Below, piece by piece: positions 21,816 to 44,267 of a stretch of 64,000 bases of DNA. How positions within the stretch are numbered: position 1 is the stretch's first letter; the number at the start of each line of letters is the position of its first letter. The notes below the pieces were generated by a model. That model saw nothing but the letters and a program-made list of their open reading frames with translations. It was not told the origin of the DNA and searched no databases. Position numbers and translations under genes: made by a program. The DNA lies in the NCBI GenBank assembly GCA_043228905.1, contig JBHGNT010000011.1, positions 19,096,001-19,160,000 on the forward strand, given 5' to 3'. The stretch comes from Azolla caroliniana. Its lineage: Eukaryota; Plantae; Polypodiophyta.

Positions 21816-22358
21816 TAATGTTTGTTTAAGGATTTGAGTCTTTCTTTAAACATCTCCGATCTCTCTGTTTTGAATGATACGTGGGCCCTCTGTTTTTTGA
21901 TCCATTAGACTCCTGATCTAAATCACTCTGTTTTGATCTATCAATGGCTTTGTCCTGTTGTATTACCCCTCTTTTCCTAGTGTTGTAGACATCATAGCAA
22001 GAAACGTTCGTGACAGATTGGAGACGTTTCAAGTCTCCGTTTTTATTCAAGAATTTTGTCCTCTGATGTAAAACTCCGTTTGATCCAAAAACCTCTGTTC
22101 TTCTCTGTCAATACCCTTTTTTTTTGCTCAAAGAGATTAAAGTAAATACGTGTTTGAGAGATTTAGTTGTTTTATTGCTCTCATGATGATGAAGATGATG
22201 CCATGGCGATGGCCTGATGCCATGATGACGTAAGCACCCTTACTATGCTTTGCAGAAGGCTCATCCGATCTTGACCGATCTTGACCGATACACCGCTGAC
22301 GACACCCTCGTGTTAAGCGAGCTTTGCCAATCTTATAGATAAGGTATCCATTCATTTG

Positions 22359-32353
<9,995 letters not shown>

Positions 32354-32964
32354 GAGATGATGATTATGAGCTAGTGGGCTATTTTTAAATACATATGAGA
32401 AATTAAGTCTTTTTTTATCTCACTGAAGTAAGAAACATGGTGATCACATTTATGTGGTGTTTTCTCTTTTATCACTATGGTTTCTGTATGTTCATGTACA
32501 GATCCACCCAGAGACATCGTTTGCTAAGTACCTTTGTCACTTACCTGCAGACCTTCGTTGAGATATTAAATCTATGGAAAATTCCTTCCAGGCGATGTCT
32601 TTCAAACTTGAAAGAATGTATTTTACATTTAAGAATCTGTGAATGAAAAAATTATTACTATCTGCATGTAATAAAATGTGTAATAAATTTAAGCGTATGC
32701 CCTGAATGAAATTTTATTGCTATCTATCTTCATATAATAAAATCTGGAATTGAGAGGTACGATTGCAAGATTCATTGAATATGGTTCATCTCGGTTGACT
32801 ATTTTGAAAGATTTTCATGAGGTTATATAAGGTAATAAGGTAACAACTGAATTTACATTGCTTAACTGGAAATGCTCACAACAGAAGGTACAACACTACC
32901 AAATTTGGAATGTATTTATTTAAATGATTTGAATTAGGGTATTATTTATCCCAAACATTGTGCC

Positions 32965-34012
32965 TAGCAATGGGAACTATTAAGCCATTTAAACCAAACC
33001 ATTAAGAGAAAGTACACCAAGCTATTTAAACCAAAATCATTTATGGAAAAGTTGAAATCAAACCAAACCATTCAAGAAATTTTTTTAAACGTAACCATTT
33101 AAATCAAAGTAATTAAAAAACTAAATAGATAAGTTGATTTAATTCAATTGGTAAAAAAGCATTAATCAAACTATTAAATTAAATAAGCATTTAAGTTAAA
33201 TTAATTAAATTATTAAAAAAATATTTTTTAATCCATTGAATTACATAAATATTTAAGATAAATTAATTAATCAATAAAATAACATCAATTAAACCATTAA
33301 GAGAAAAGAAAGTTAACAAACAAAAAACCTTTCAACCAAACCACTTAAAAAAGCCTTTAAACCTATAAACCGATAAACTAGAGTTTAAAACCCAACCGAA
33401 CTAAAACCGAACCATTTATTAATAATCCAAACCAAACCAAACCATTTAATTATTTTGGAACCAATAAACCAGTAAACCATGATTGAAAAGTTTGGTTTGG
33501 TTTAAGATGAAACCAAGCCTTAAAATTATCACGGGTTTGACATCAACATTTCCTTTGTAGACGCATTTTGACCTTCTTGAGATGTGTCACATTCCGAGAT
33601 TTTAGTATACCATCTACATTAATTAAACCATTGAATTAAATAAATATTTAAGATAAATTAATTAATCATTAAAAGAACATTAGTTAAACCATTAAGAGAA
33701 AAGAAAGTTAACAACCAAAAAACCTTTCAACCAAACCATTTAAAAAAGCCTTTAATCCTATAAACCGATAAACTAGAGTTTAAAACCCACCCGAACTAAA
33801 ACCGAACCATTTATTATTAATCCAAACTGAACCAAACCATTTAATTATTTTGGAACCAATAAACCGGTAAACTATGGGTTAAAAGTTTGGTTTGGTTTCA
33901 GACGAAACCAAGCCTTAAAATTATCAAGGGCTTGACATCAACGTTTCCCATGTAGATGCATTTTGACCTTCTTGGGATGTGTCACATTCTGAGATTTTCG
34001 TATACCATCTAC
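32965..34012. repeat. AACC-rich MITE-like remnant with a ~395-bp tandem duplication (33235-33617 / 33630-34012)
   Basis: Two near-identical blocks ending GTATACCATCTAC. Confidence 0.75.
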
Positions 34013-34467
34013 TTATTCCCAGCTTTGTGTGACTTTAGATGGTAGAAGGGTAATAATATATATACCTTTCCTATGCATTTGGGTGGGATCATTATGTGCC
34101 ATGGAGCTACTTGTTTCTACTTGCCTCTTCTCGAGACAGGAATTTATTCGCTTAATTAGAAACTCATCCAAGCTTTAAGAAGACTGCATTACCAGTAAAC
34201 TTTAGTTTTAAACCCCAAGATTGAAAGTACAATTAACCAAGTGTAAATACCCACTTCAAGGAAATACATAATCTTAACCATGTAGACAAACAGATAATCT
34301 TTTTTTATCCAATACTCTTTTCGTTTATGGAATTATTTCTTAATATACACTTGGAGCTTAGCTTAAAGATTATCTCAATTTACAACACAAAAAAAGAAGA
34401 TTATACATATAATTTTTAATAGAAGATAAGCTCATATCTCAGTAGCCTACACACAAGTAACCCAATG

Positions 34468-35795
34468 CTACAACTCAGAAGTCCTCTTCACTACACTCAC
34501 TTCAGCAAGCCTCAATAGCTTGTCCTGGATAAAGTATCCTGACTGCCATGTTAAAAGCTCAAATGAGTTCAAATCCTCACACCAGCATTTATTGGAAGAA
34601 AATGGGAAAACTCATGATAAGTATTACCTTTACAACAACTATAGTGTGGGGTTCTGTAGATGAATACTCAACTTCATCAATAATCAGATGATGGGTTTTG
34701 AAACAATCACCGACTGGATCAAATTTTTTCACACTGAACTAGCCAAAAATCTGAACACAAAATGTAGAGCATTTCATATGATATATAGCATATCAATTCA
34801 CCTACACATTTACGCATATACAAGAAGTTTATTTATTCCATAACATATATAACATATCAAAGATTTAGGTAGCTTCTTACATTAAGTTAGGCCGCAAGGC
34901 ATTGTAAGTAGGCTGATCTTCTTTTACTTGCTCGGAGGTAGACTCCCCGATGTGTGTATAAGTCTCCTTGTAGACTCTCTATGTAATAATCCTTCCTAAC
35001 TAATGGGAAAGTAGCTTCATTTTGGAAAAAAAAAAAACAATAAACAAATATGATACATTAAACAACTTTATTTAATCCATATGATGTATAACATATCAAT
35101 CCATCTACATATTTATAAATATACATAAATAAACAAATATGATATGGATCAAGAACTTTATTTGAAACAACCATCCATAAATACCTTTAAGAGTTGTTTC
35201 TCAGTCATAATGACACCCTAGAGCATGGATTTGAGCAGCTTTGCATTGCTCGAACTATCACCGTCTAAAGTCCTGTTTTGAAAACTTTCTGGGACAGTTG
35301 CAGCTGTCCGATGAAGATTATCCGCCACATCTAAAAGATCAGCTGCAAAAGACTGTTCACAAAATCAAGAAAAACTCGCAAAACTATAAATCTCCACCTG
35401 GATGCGTGTGTGTAAATATATGCATGTGCATGTGTGATATGTACGTACATGTATATATGTGTGTATGTATGCATATATATACATTGTGTAAATTGTTCAT
35501 GTTTGTATGCATGGATGCTTGTCTATATACATATATATGTATGCATGCATGTTTGTGCTTGTGAGTATATGCTACATGGATGTCAGGATCCAGCACAAAG
35601 TTCTACCTCCACCGCATTTTTCTTGATTCTCTCTGCATCTCTCCTTGTTTTCCCTCTTAGATTTTCAACTTCAGCAATGCATTTCAACACCTGTTGTTTT
35701 GCATTTACAACCATTTGGTCTTTTTCCTTCAGTAGATCCTCTTTTTGTTTGAGTATCGCTCCAAGATCCATGTCATTTGATTTAACACCTCTTGT
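34468..35795 (-). pseudogene. grpE: GrpE/Mge1 nucleotide-exchange factor pseudogene (intron-containing, two nonsense codons)
   Basis: Exons 35607-35795, 35185-35352, 34628-34750, 34468-34542. Motifs AEVENLR..TRRDAE, FA.DLLDVADNL.R, GVIMTEKQL, FDPVG, GYFIQDKLLRLAEV. In-frame TAG at 35218-35220 and 34739-34741. Upstream exons unresolved. Confidence 0.85.
34862..35037 (+). mobile_element. 5'-truncated copy of the L1 3'UTR + poly(A) in a GrpE intron
   Basis: Shares TGTAATAATCCTTCCTAACTAATGGGAAAGTAGCTTCATTTTG + poly(A) with 14950-15004. Confidence 0.85.
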
Positions 35796-36461
35796 CTGAA
35801 ATCAAGGGCTATGGGCGTTTTTGTTTTTCTTTCTAGATTCTCGCTCACAGTTATCATTAATTATCTACTAACATCAAAAAGATTCATCTGATCTCCTGAA
35901 CTGTGTCCAGGGCACTTTGGCTTTCATTTTTATTCAATGTCATGGGCGAGACAGGATCTAGATCGACCTACAAGACAAATCATGACGACGAATATGGCTG
36001 AAATTCATGTTAATCATACTCGGTTTTCTAAATATCCACGATATTGATTAGTGCATGCGAAGGAATGATTTTGGGATGGGTTACAAGCATGAAATTCATG
36101 GAGAATATGTGGGCATTAAGTGGTGGTAAGGGGACATGGTACGTAAGGTTGGTTAGTGTGGTGGAGGGTATCACCAAGTGTATTTGGCCATCATTGGGTG
36201 GATTAGACATGCAGAGGAATGATCTCAATGATATGGTGATAATATGGCCCATGTGTCTTCTATGCTTGTATTCGTGGAGAGAGAAGACATATTGTACATA
36301 TACTGAAACTTTTGTCTTCACAGCATCTCCAACGCAGGCTGCTCCAAGATGGAGAGATCTCTGACATACCTTCAATGCGAAGTGATAATGGCCTTGTAGT
36401 GACAACAGTAATGAGGCCATGGTCCAGATTGCTGTGGCCACAGTGCACACCACATTACTAT

Positions 36462-37740
36462 TGCCTGATCTATTGCATGATTTGACTTGTAGCATTGAGT
36501 GATGCAGCTAAAGAATCAATTGATGATCTGTTATTGTCTTGTAGTCAAGAATCCACTTGTGAAGTCGATTGACTAGTAGCACGAGGTCAACAATCCACTT
36601 GTGTAATTCTTTTGATTGACTTGTAGCATGAGAGATGTGGCTAAAGAAAGTTGTGATTGTCCTAAATACATGAGATCCAGAATCCACTTGCGAAGTTCTT
36701 GATTGTTGTCCTTTAACACTCTCTCTGTCTGTTGAGTTCTACTACGAACAATCCCAAGCATTGTGGTCTTTGTATTCCACGATCTTGTGTAGTGAACCAA
36801 TGCCTTGGTAGAAGACACAGCTATTTTCCTCTTATTCATATAAAACACTACAATAGCAGACATAGTGTTCTTCTGATTCCATTTCTACCCCTTGATCGAA
36901 CAATTGGATATCTGTTCCTACATAGATTTGCATGCACATCTTCCTATCTCCATTTCTAACTAATCTGAAGAGATCCTGAGCTGCCTGATCTATTGCATGA
37001 GTTGACTTGTGGCATTTAAGTGATGTGGCTAAAGATTCAATTGATGATCTGTTATTATCTTGTAGTCAAGAATCCACTTGTGAATTGATTGACTGATAGC
37101 CTGAGGTCAAGGATCCAGTTGTGTAATTCTTTTGCCTGACTTATAGCATGAGGTATGTGGCTAAAGAAAGTTGTGATTGTCATCAATACATGAGGCTGCT
37201 GTTATTGTATTGTAGTCAAGAATCTATTTGTGAAGTCCTTGACCATTGTCCTTTAACACCTCTCTTCTCTCTATGTCTCTTGAGTTCTACCACTAACAAT
37301 CCCAAGCATTGTTGGTTTTTGTTTTCCACGATCTTGTGCAGTGAACCAATGCCTAGGTAGAAGACACAGGGGGAGCTCTTATCTCATATAAGACACTACA
37401 GTAGCAGACATAGTGTTCTTCTGATTCCACGTCTACCTCTTGATGGAATAACTGGATATCCATTCTTCCATAGGTTTGCATGCACATCTTCCTATCTCCA
37501 TTTCTAACTAATCTGAAGTTACCATGAGCTGCCTATCACACATATAGAGTGCATGAGATAGATGTGTATCATCCATATAAGGTGGCCTCAAACAAACCGA
37601 TCCATTGACTTGTGTAAAAGGAGTGCCTTATAGTGGGTCATCTTCCTCCAAAGAGATATTGTGGGGCTGATCCATGTTTTTCCATTGTAGTGATGTTCAG
37701 ATATGGAAAATCAAGACTATATTCGGGTTAATATTTATCT
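36462..37740 (-). mobile_element. RTE-X/L2-like LINE 3' end with a tandem duplication (36462-36981 / 36982-37533)
   Basis: Minus strand LEMEIGR...VESEEHYVCYCSVLYEIR...QCLGLLVVELKRHRE; two ~520-550-bp units. Confidence 0.7.
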
Positions 37741-38274
37741 CATGCAACTAGAATCATGCTTGCATTTCAGCATACCAACACTGATCGTCTCTATTTTTCA
37801 GCCAGCTATTTTGATGACCTAAGTGCCCATCTTGAACACCCAATAATCCATTGGATACTGGCCACTGATCGAAATAATGCCCCCATCACTATTGACGCTG
37901 CTCCTATCTCTGTCCAGATTATATTAAGGGTCAGTAATGCTTTTCAGTATACAAGCAATCATCGTCTCTATTTTTAGGCGGCTGTTTTGATGACCTAAGT
38001 GCCAATCTTGAGTACCCTTGTTTAGGGAGCACTCGAATCCATCAGATACTGTCACTGATCTGATCAGAATAATGCATTGGTCACTATTCTGCCACTCCCG
38101 TTCGATTTCTAACTTATATGAAGGGGGCACCAATTCTTTGCTCTTTATCACAAGGGCAATCATTGTGACTAAAGGTCTCTCTAAATCTGTTGAGTTATGA
38201 TCCTGATGAAGGTTTGATCCCCAAATTTCAACTCTGTAGAAGTGTTGATATTAGAAGTTATTTGTGAGAAAAGC

Positions 38275-40620
38275 TGTTAATACAGCAGCGAAGCAGTTGG
38301 AAGAAAAATAGACACCGCCAAGCTGTGAGAAGGCTTGGCGGTAGCCTGCGTCTAAGTCCTAAACCCTAAACCCTAAAATAGTTGTAAAATAATCCTAAAC
38401 CCTAAAATAGTTGTAGAATATAGAGACACAGCCAAAGAGCAGAGTTGTTTGTTAGTAGCCACAAAAATTGAAGCTCTCTTGTATAAGAGGTTGGCATAGC
38501 TTATTTATACAAATATATAGGGATACATATGTGGGTAAAATGGTTATTTGGTAGTTAAGCCAAACATTTACAATAAATGAGGAATAAGAGAGAATAATCT
38601 TGGAAAATGTGGAGAGAGGCATTTAAAGAGTTTTGCAAATCTTAGAGAGGGAGAAATTTAGGAAGAGAGAACGTCGAGGACAGATAATACAGATTAAAGA
38701 GAATGCAGGTCCAGAGCTGCCACCCTCCAACACCTCCTCTTAGGTCTAGAAAGGATGTCCAACATTGAGACGACCGAGGAGTTGATCAATGGTTTGCCTT
38801 GGAAGTCGCTTAATAAACAAATCAGCCACATTTTCTAGAGTAGAAGTTGATGACTTGTGATTCCACTAATTCACGCACAAAATGGTAACGCGCTTCAATA
38901 TGTTTCATTAGCTCTGTGCCAATGCATGGGCACTTTGGCTGTAAGTGAAAACTTGAATAGGAGAGCCTTGCAAAGCACCAATGCGACACAGTAGTTGCAT
39001 TAACCAAAGCAACTCGCAATAAGTATCTAAATAGGCTCGATATTCAGCTTCCGCTAATGAAGTATAAACTCAAATTTTCTTCTTTGATTTCCACAAAGTT
39101 AAGCCTGAGCTTAACATCAAACAAAAGTGGGATGTGGACTATCTAGAATTAGTGTCACTTGCCAAATCAATATCTGAGTGAAGAACAGACCCAATTAACC
39201 TTCCATATCTTGTGATATTTTCAAATATAGGAGAATAAGCTTCGAGAAATAGATTTGAGGTTCGATCAATAGGACATCAGAGTTTCCTACAATTTGACAT
39301 GCCAAGGGCACCAGAAGTTGTGTGAGATACCTATGTTGGCTGAGGAAGATACCACCATGTGATTGACAGACCTCAAAACCTAAGTAGTGGAAAAGTCCTA
39401 AATTAGTCATTTGAAATGTTGTTTTGAGGTCACCAAGGAGTTACTCTATCTTAGAAGAAAAGGACCCTATAATTAGTAGGTCCTCAACATATAATATGAT
39501 CAAGTATAAAAAATTATCTTGGGAAAAGACGTAGAGATCACAGTTAACATAACAATGCTAAAACCCAAGAGAGAAAGAATGCATCAATTTTGTCATACCA
39601 AGCTTCGAGAGCTTGCTTTAAGCCATACAAGAGTTTGTGTAGCTTGTAGACAATGTTTTTCTGCTCTAAGATCTCAAAACCTAGAGGGTGTTTTACATAA
39701 ACTTCCTCTTTTAAGTCATTGTCAAGGAAGGCTAATTTGATATCCATTTGAAATATAGGTCATTTTTCTGAGTTGCAAGTGCACAATCACATCGAATAGA
39801 GGTGTACCTTTCTGTTGGTGCAAAGATTTCCTCATAATCCACTCCTTCCACTTGTGAGTAGCCTTTTACAACTAGGTGTGTCTCACACTTATCAACAGTT
39901 CCATCAGCATGGTAGTTGGTCTTCAAATCCATTTTAGTCCAATGACTTGCCTATGTTCGGTTCAAGATTGTCAAACTCAAACCATTTAAAATTGAAACTT
40001 AAACCGAACCAAACGACGAAATTGCTTGCACCAAACAGTTACAAACAATTCATGCTCAAACCAAACGGTCTTAGAGATTTTCAAATCTTTAAAACTGTTA
40101 AAACTGCGGTTTTGCAGTTCCGTTTCGGTTTTCAAGTTAGGTCAAAATTCAAAATTTCACATTTTAATTTTACAATTTTCAATATTTCAAATTTAAAGAT
40201 TTTTCTTAAAATGTTCAAAAAAAAATTTAAACCATTTAAAATGTCTATCTTAAACTACCAAACCATTTGAACCACATTTTTAGACTGTTTTAACAGGAAA
40301 CAATTAAGCCTATGAGGCTCGAACCGAACCGAACCGTTAACTGTTAAGTCGTAGTTTTGTGGTTTCAGTTTGGTTCAAGCCGAACCGTTGCCGATTGCTA
40401 CATGTGATTCCACTTAAGGGAATTAAGTTCCACTTCCATTGCCACTTTCCACTCCAGAAGAACAAGAGTTTCTTTTGCTGTAGTGAATTCTTGTGATTGC
40501 ACAATGCATAGCAAGGGAAAGTTGTATATCCCATAACTTATAAGGTTTGGATTGCGTGCCGTATTCAAGGAGCACGCATTTCTTGGTTTTGGACTCAGTT
40601 TTAGTCTTTTTATCATCTAA
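38275..40620 (-). mobile_element. Decayed Ty1/Copia 3' half (RT, RNaseH, PPT, 3' LTR ~38275-38732), split by a MITE
   Basis: LVVKGYSQVEGVDYEEIFAP, MDIK.AFL..DLKEEVYV, LYGLKQA, YVEDLLI, MTNLG, KHIEARYHFVRE; PPT TAAGAGGAGG at 38733-38742 next to TGTTGG. Confidence 0.8.
39945..40400. mobile_element. MITE of the same family as 28214-28638, opposite orientation
   Basis: End GAACCGTTGCCGATTGCTA, AACCG motifs and AT-rich core shared; left end degraded. Confidence 0.7.
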
Positions 40621-42786
40621 GCAGAGCTTGAGTCCAAATATGATTCATTAGTGATTGACCACAATAGAAAGAATTGATGGGGGCTATATATGAAGTTTTA
40701 ACATTTATCATAAAGATTGTATTTAATGAGGATTGCAAGTACCTAGAGGTTTCTCATGAGACATTAGATGGAGGTTGATGATATTTTTAGTCATTCACCT
40801 ATACATGTTCATGTCCAAGTCCTTAGAGTGATGCATGATCATGATACCTTCTCCATCCTTTAATTCGTCTAATCAAGATATCAATATTAAATTTTGCAAC
40901 AAGAGTGCAAGATGTTTTTGCAAGTGCCCACATCCAATAACTACGTGCATAACCTAACCAGTGCACACACTCTTCTAACTTGTTACTCATAATCGTCCAA
41001 AACATCTTCAATCTTGTACTTTGGTTTATAAACAAACTAAATTGGAGGTGCAAGATGAACCAACCAGTTACATGGCATGGGGGTCTTTATATTTCGTTGA
41101 AACAACCACACACGTTTCCCACCTTGAACATGGGTCTCTAGGGATAAATCTAGGTTCTAGATTCTTGCAAGCATTTTTTTGTTGATTAGGCAACGCACAT
41201 ATGATGAGAAAGCTTGGCTTAAATATCTTGAAGTTGAAATACATGATCCTTAGCAACAAGATCCTTCGAGAATTTTGGATATTCAAGCAAAGTCTGATAC
41301 GGATGATGACCTATGGTTGCAAAGAGTGGAGTTGAAACATACATCAAATTAGTGAAAGCAAATTTTGCAAAATGCAGAAAATTTTGACCAAATGATCTTG
41401 TTGGTAGTTTATGAAACAACAAAGATACTCTTCTGTTCTCTTATTAAAGATGAATGATAACCACATTTATCAACCATGCTCCAAAATTTTGAAATATCTA
41501 GCAATAAATAATCTCACCAATTTTATAGAAAGGTTTATTACATTTGCTTTAAAAGAAATTTGAAGAATTTCCATTGTTGTTTGATAGAGAAAGGACCCAA
41601 AATTACTCAATTCTACTTTATACCCATCTTTTTCCCTCAAAATCCTAAATTGCTTCACTTCTACATAATATCTACCCTTTCCCTAAACCCCGAAAACCCA
41701 AAATTTTATCTAATTTGATGTACAATCATCTCTCCTTTTCACCAAAACCATTTTCCTACATAATATATAAACCCTAACTTATTCAATTCTATTTAATACT
41801 TTCCGATCATCCAATTTTACTTAGGGCCCAAAAGAAGCTATGACTTTACCATCACCCCTCCCCAACACCAAGTCAACTGCTCTAGATGTCGTTGGTCAAG
41901 CAGGGGCATTTGGGGACACAATAATTTTAAGATATTTTTGGGTGTTTTTCGCATGTGCCAAATGGAGGGCAATATCTTTGTCTGCCCCCCCCGCCCCCCC
42001 CCGGCCCTTTCTAAGTCTTAAAACAAGAATTAGCACTAATATTGAAGAGTACTCATGTTTTGGTGCCATAGAACATGGGCATCATGCATAATAAAGAAAT
42101 GATGCATCGATATTGGCCACAATCACTTTTGGACGAATGTTCCAATCCCATCTAATTATTGGTCCAATGGTGTGGTCATAGTAAGTAAATGATAACAAAG
42201 TGGTTTGAGCAAAAACCAAACCATGAAACCCATAGTTTAACAACTTCAACATTTCAGTTTTTCATTTAAGTTACTGAAATTTGTAAAACGGTTTTGTTTG
42301 TCTTGGGGGCTTAATAGTTAAGTTTGGTATGCTTTGAAATTGTGTTAGCGTTGAAGATTGAAACCATTGATTTAACAACACTAACCACAAGAATATGTTG
42401 GCTTAAACATGTTGGTTTAATTCTAAAGATCTCTTAAATTCTTTGGTTTGGTTTGAGTTTCAAATTTAAAAAATAGTTGCAATTTAAGACTCCCAAATCA
42501 AACCATTGTCTATTGCTATTAATGTGTTCATATTGGATATGGAATTACCTTTAGTAGTTAATCTTAATTTAAGCGTGGAAAAAGGAATTTAAATTCATTA
42601 GGATATGGAGCGAACACAATCTCTCATTGGTCTAAGAATTCCCCCAGAGAACTAATCATGTGATTATAGTTCTATAATCACTTATTAATTCAATTAATTT
42701 CTGCAATTTTCATAGAGATAAAAAAACAGTGGAAAACAACTACAAATAGATAGTCTTATGTAAAATTTGTTGCCAATTCAAAGCTC

Positions 42787-42920
42787 GATTGGAGACATCT
42801 TGAGTGGTAAGGCATATTATTCACACTTACTGCCCTTGCTCCTGAATATGGATTGGAGTACATCTTTAGTAGTAAGGCATATTATTCACAGTTACTGATC
42901 TTGCTCCTGAATATGGATTA
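42787..42920. repeat. ~65-bp tandem duplication
   Basis: GTAAGGCATATTATTCACA...TTGCTCCTGAATATGGATT occurs twice. Confidence 0.85.
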
Positions 42921-44267
42921 CCATCGATGTGAAATAGCCATTATTTGTTGCCTTTGTTGAAACATGAGAAAGCATGGAGTAAGTTTTCCTCACATCTATT
43001 GTTACGGGTAGCCACAAGGAACACATCATAATGTAGGGTGCCACAATTGTCTAAACCAATATGTATGAACTAAACCCACATTTATATACACTAAGTTTGC
43101 AAATGTAGAGTCAAAATGCATGACCTTATGATGTTCATCATATAGCCTCTACCTTTGTTTCTACCCCCGTGCTGAACCAAGATTCTACTAACCCATACAA
43201 CCAGCTCACTCACAATATGCAGTATTTTACATGAGATCAAACACAAGCCAAGCAAGAATTGTTAGTTGAACATGCTAAAATATTACAAGTTTTGGCATCT
43301 TGCTACGGTCAAAAAACCCATTACAAATGTAAAGCATCAGGGAATACGCTTTCCAGAGGTATTCCAATTCTCACACACTCTTGATCAGGTTCAAAAGGTA
43401 GCTAATGAGTGTGTCACCCTCCACAGATATTGATCAACAAGAGGAATAAAACCATTCTTTTAATTTTTGGCTGTTTATAAAAGCTGTGAATTCAAAGCTT
43501 GTAAATTCTATTCTATTTTTTGGAACACAGGATAAAAAATGACACATAACTTGAATATTGATTCCGAGATAAGGTGCATTGTTTTAAAAATGCAAGGACA
43601 TTCAGCATTGCTACAAATTCTGAGGAGAGAATCCCTTTTTCAAAGCAACCAGGGAATACACCAACCTTCTCCAGAATCACAATCCCCTTCCTTTAAAATG
43701 CTTCAACCACAAAATAACACTGAAAATTAAAAAACAAAGCCCATCTTGCTGCTGAGAGTTTTAAGCAGCATATTTTCTCTCGTCATGAAAACGTGCTCTT
43801 TCCAATATGTGCTTGCACTTGCTGTACATGATATGGACAATCTGAGATGGATGTTAAAAACACCTTAATGAAAAACTCCATGGAAAAAGCTAACGATGTT
43901 GTACCCGAGAAAGAAAATTTTGATATGTAGATTAAAATGAAACTTTAAAGAAGTCAAATCATCTCAATCACATCTTGCCTAATTACAAAAGTTGATTCCA
44001 ATCTAAATTGAGAAGAAACCAAGAAAATGCAACATGTGACTGCAAGATTATTCAGAGAGACTCAGGCATGAAGTTGTTCAGAGTTATGTTTTACACATTT
44101 ATTCATGCTATTATTGAAAAATGAAGGGCAGTTTCCCTATCTCACCACAAATTCCTTCAATCAGCAATGGTGTGTTTCAAATCAAATAACGAGGAGCTAT
44201 TGTAATTTATTATTAAAAGAGCTTCATCATGCCCATGTGATGCTATTGACTAATGGATGACGGACAC

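Noticed and set aside
34739-35220. Stop codons repaired by U-to-C editing
   Set aside because: Such editing is organellar. This gene has spliceosomal introns, and editing would give Gln rather than the expected Lys/Glu.
38359-38407. Interstitial telomere
   Set aside because: Only 2-3 CCCTAAA units inside a Copia LTR; telobox-like motifs are common there.
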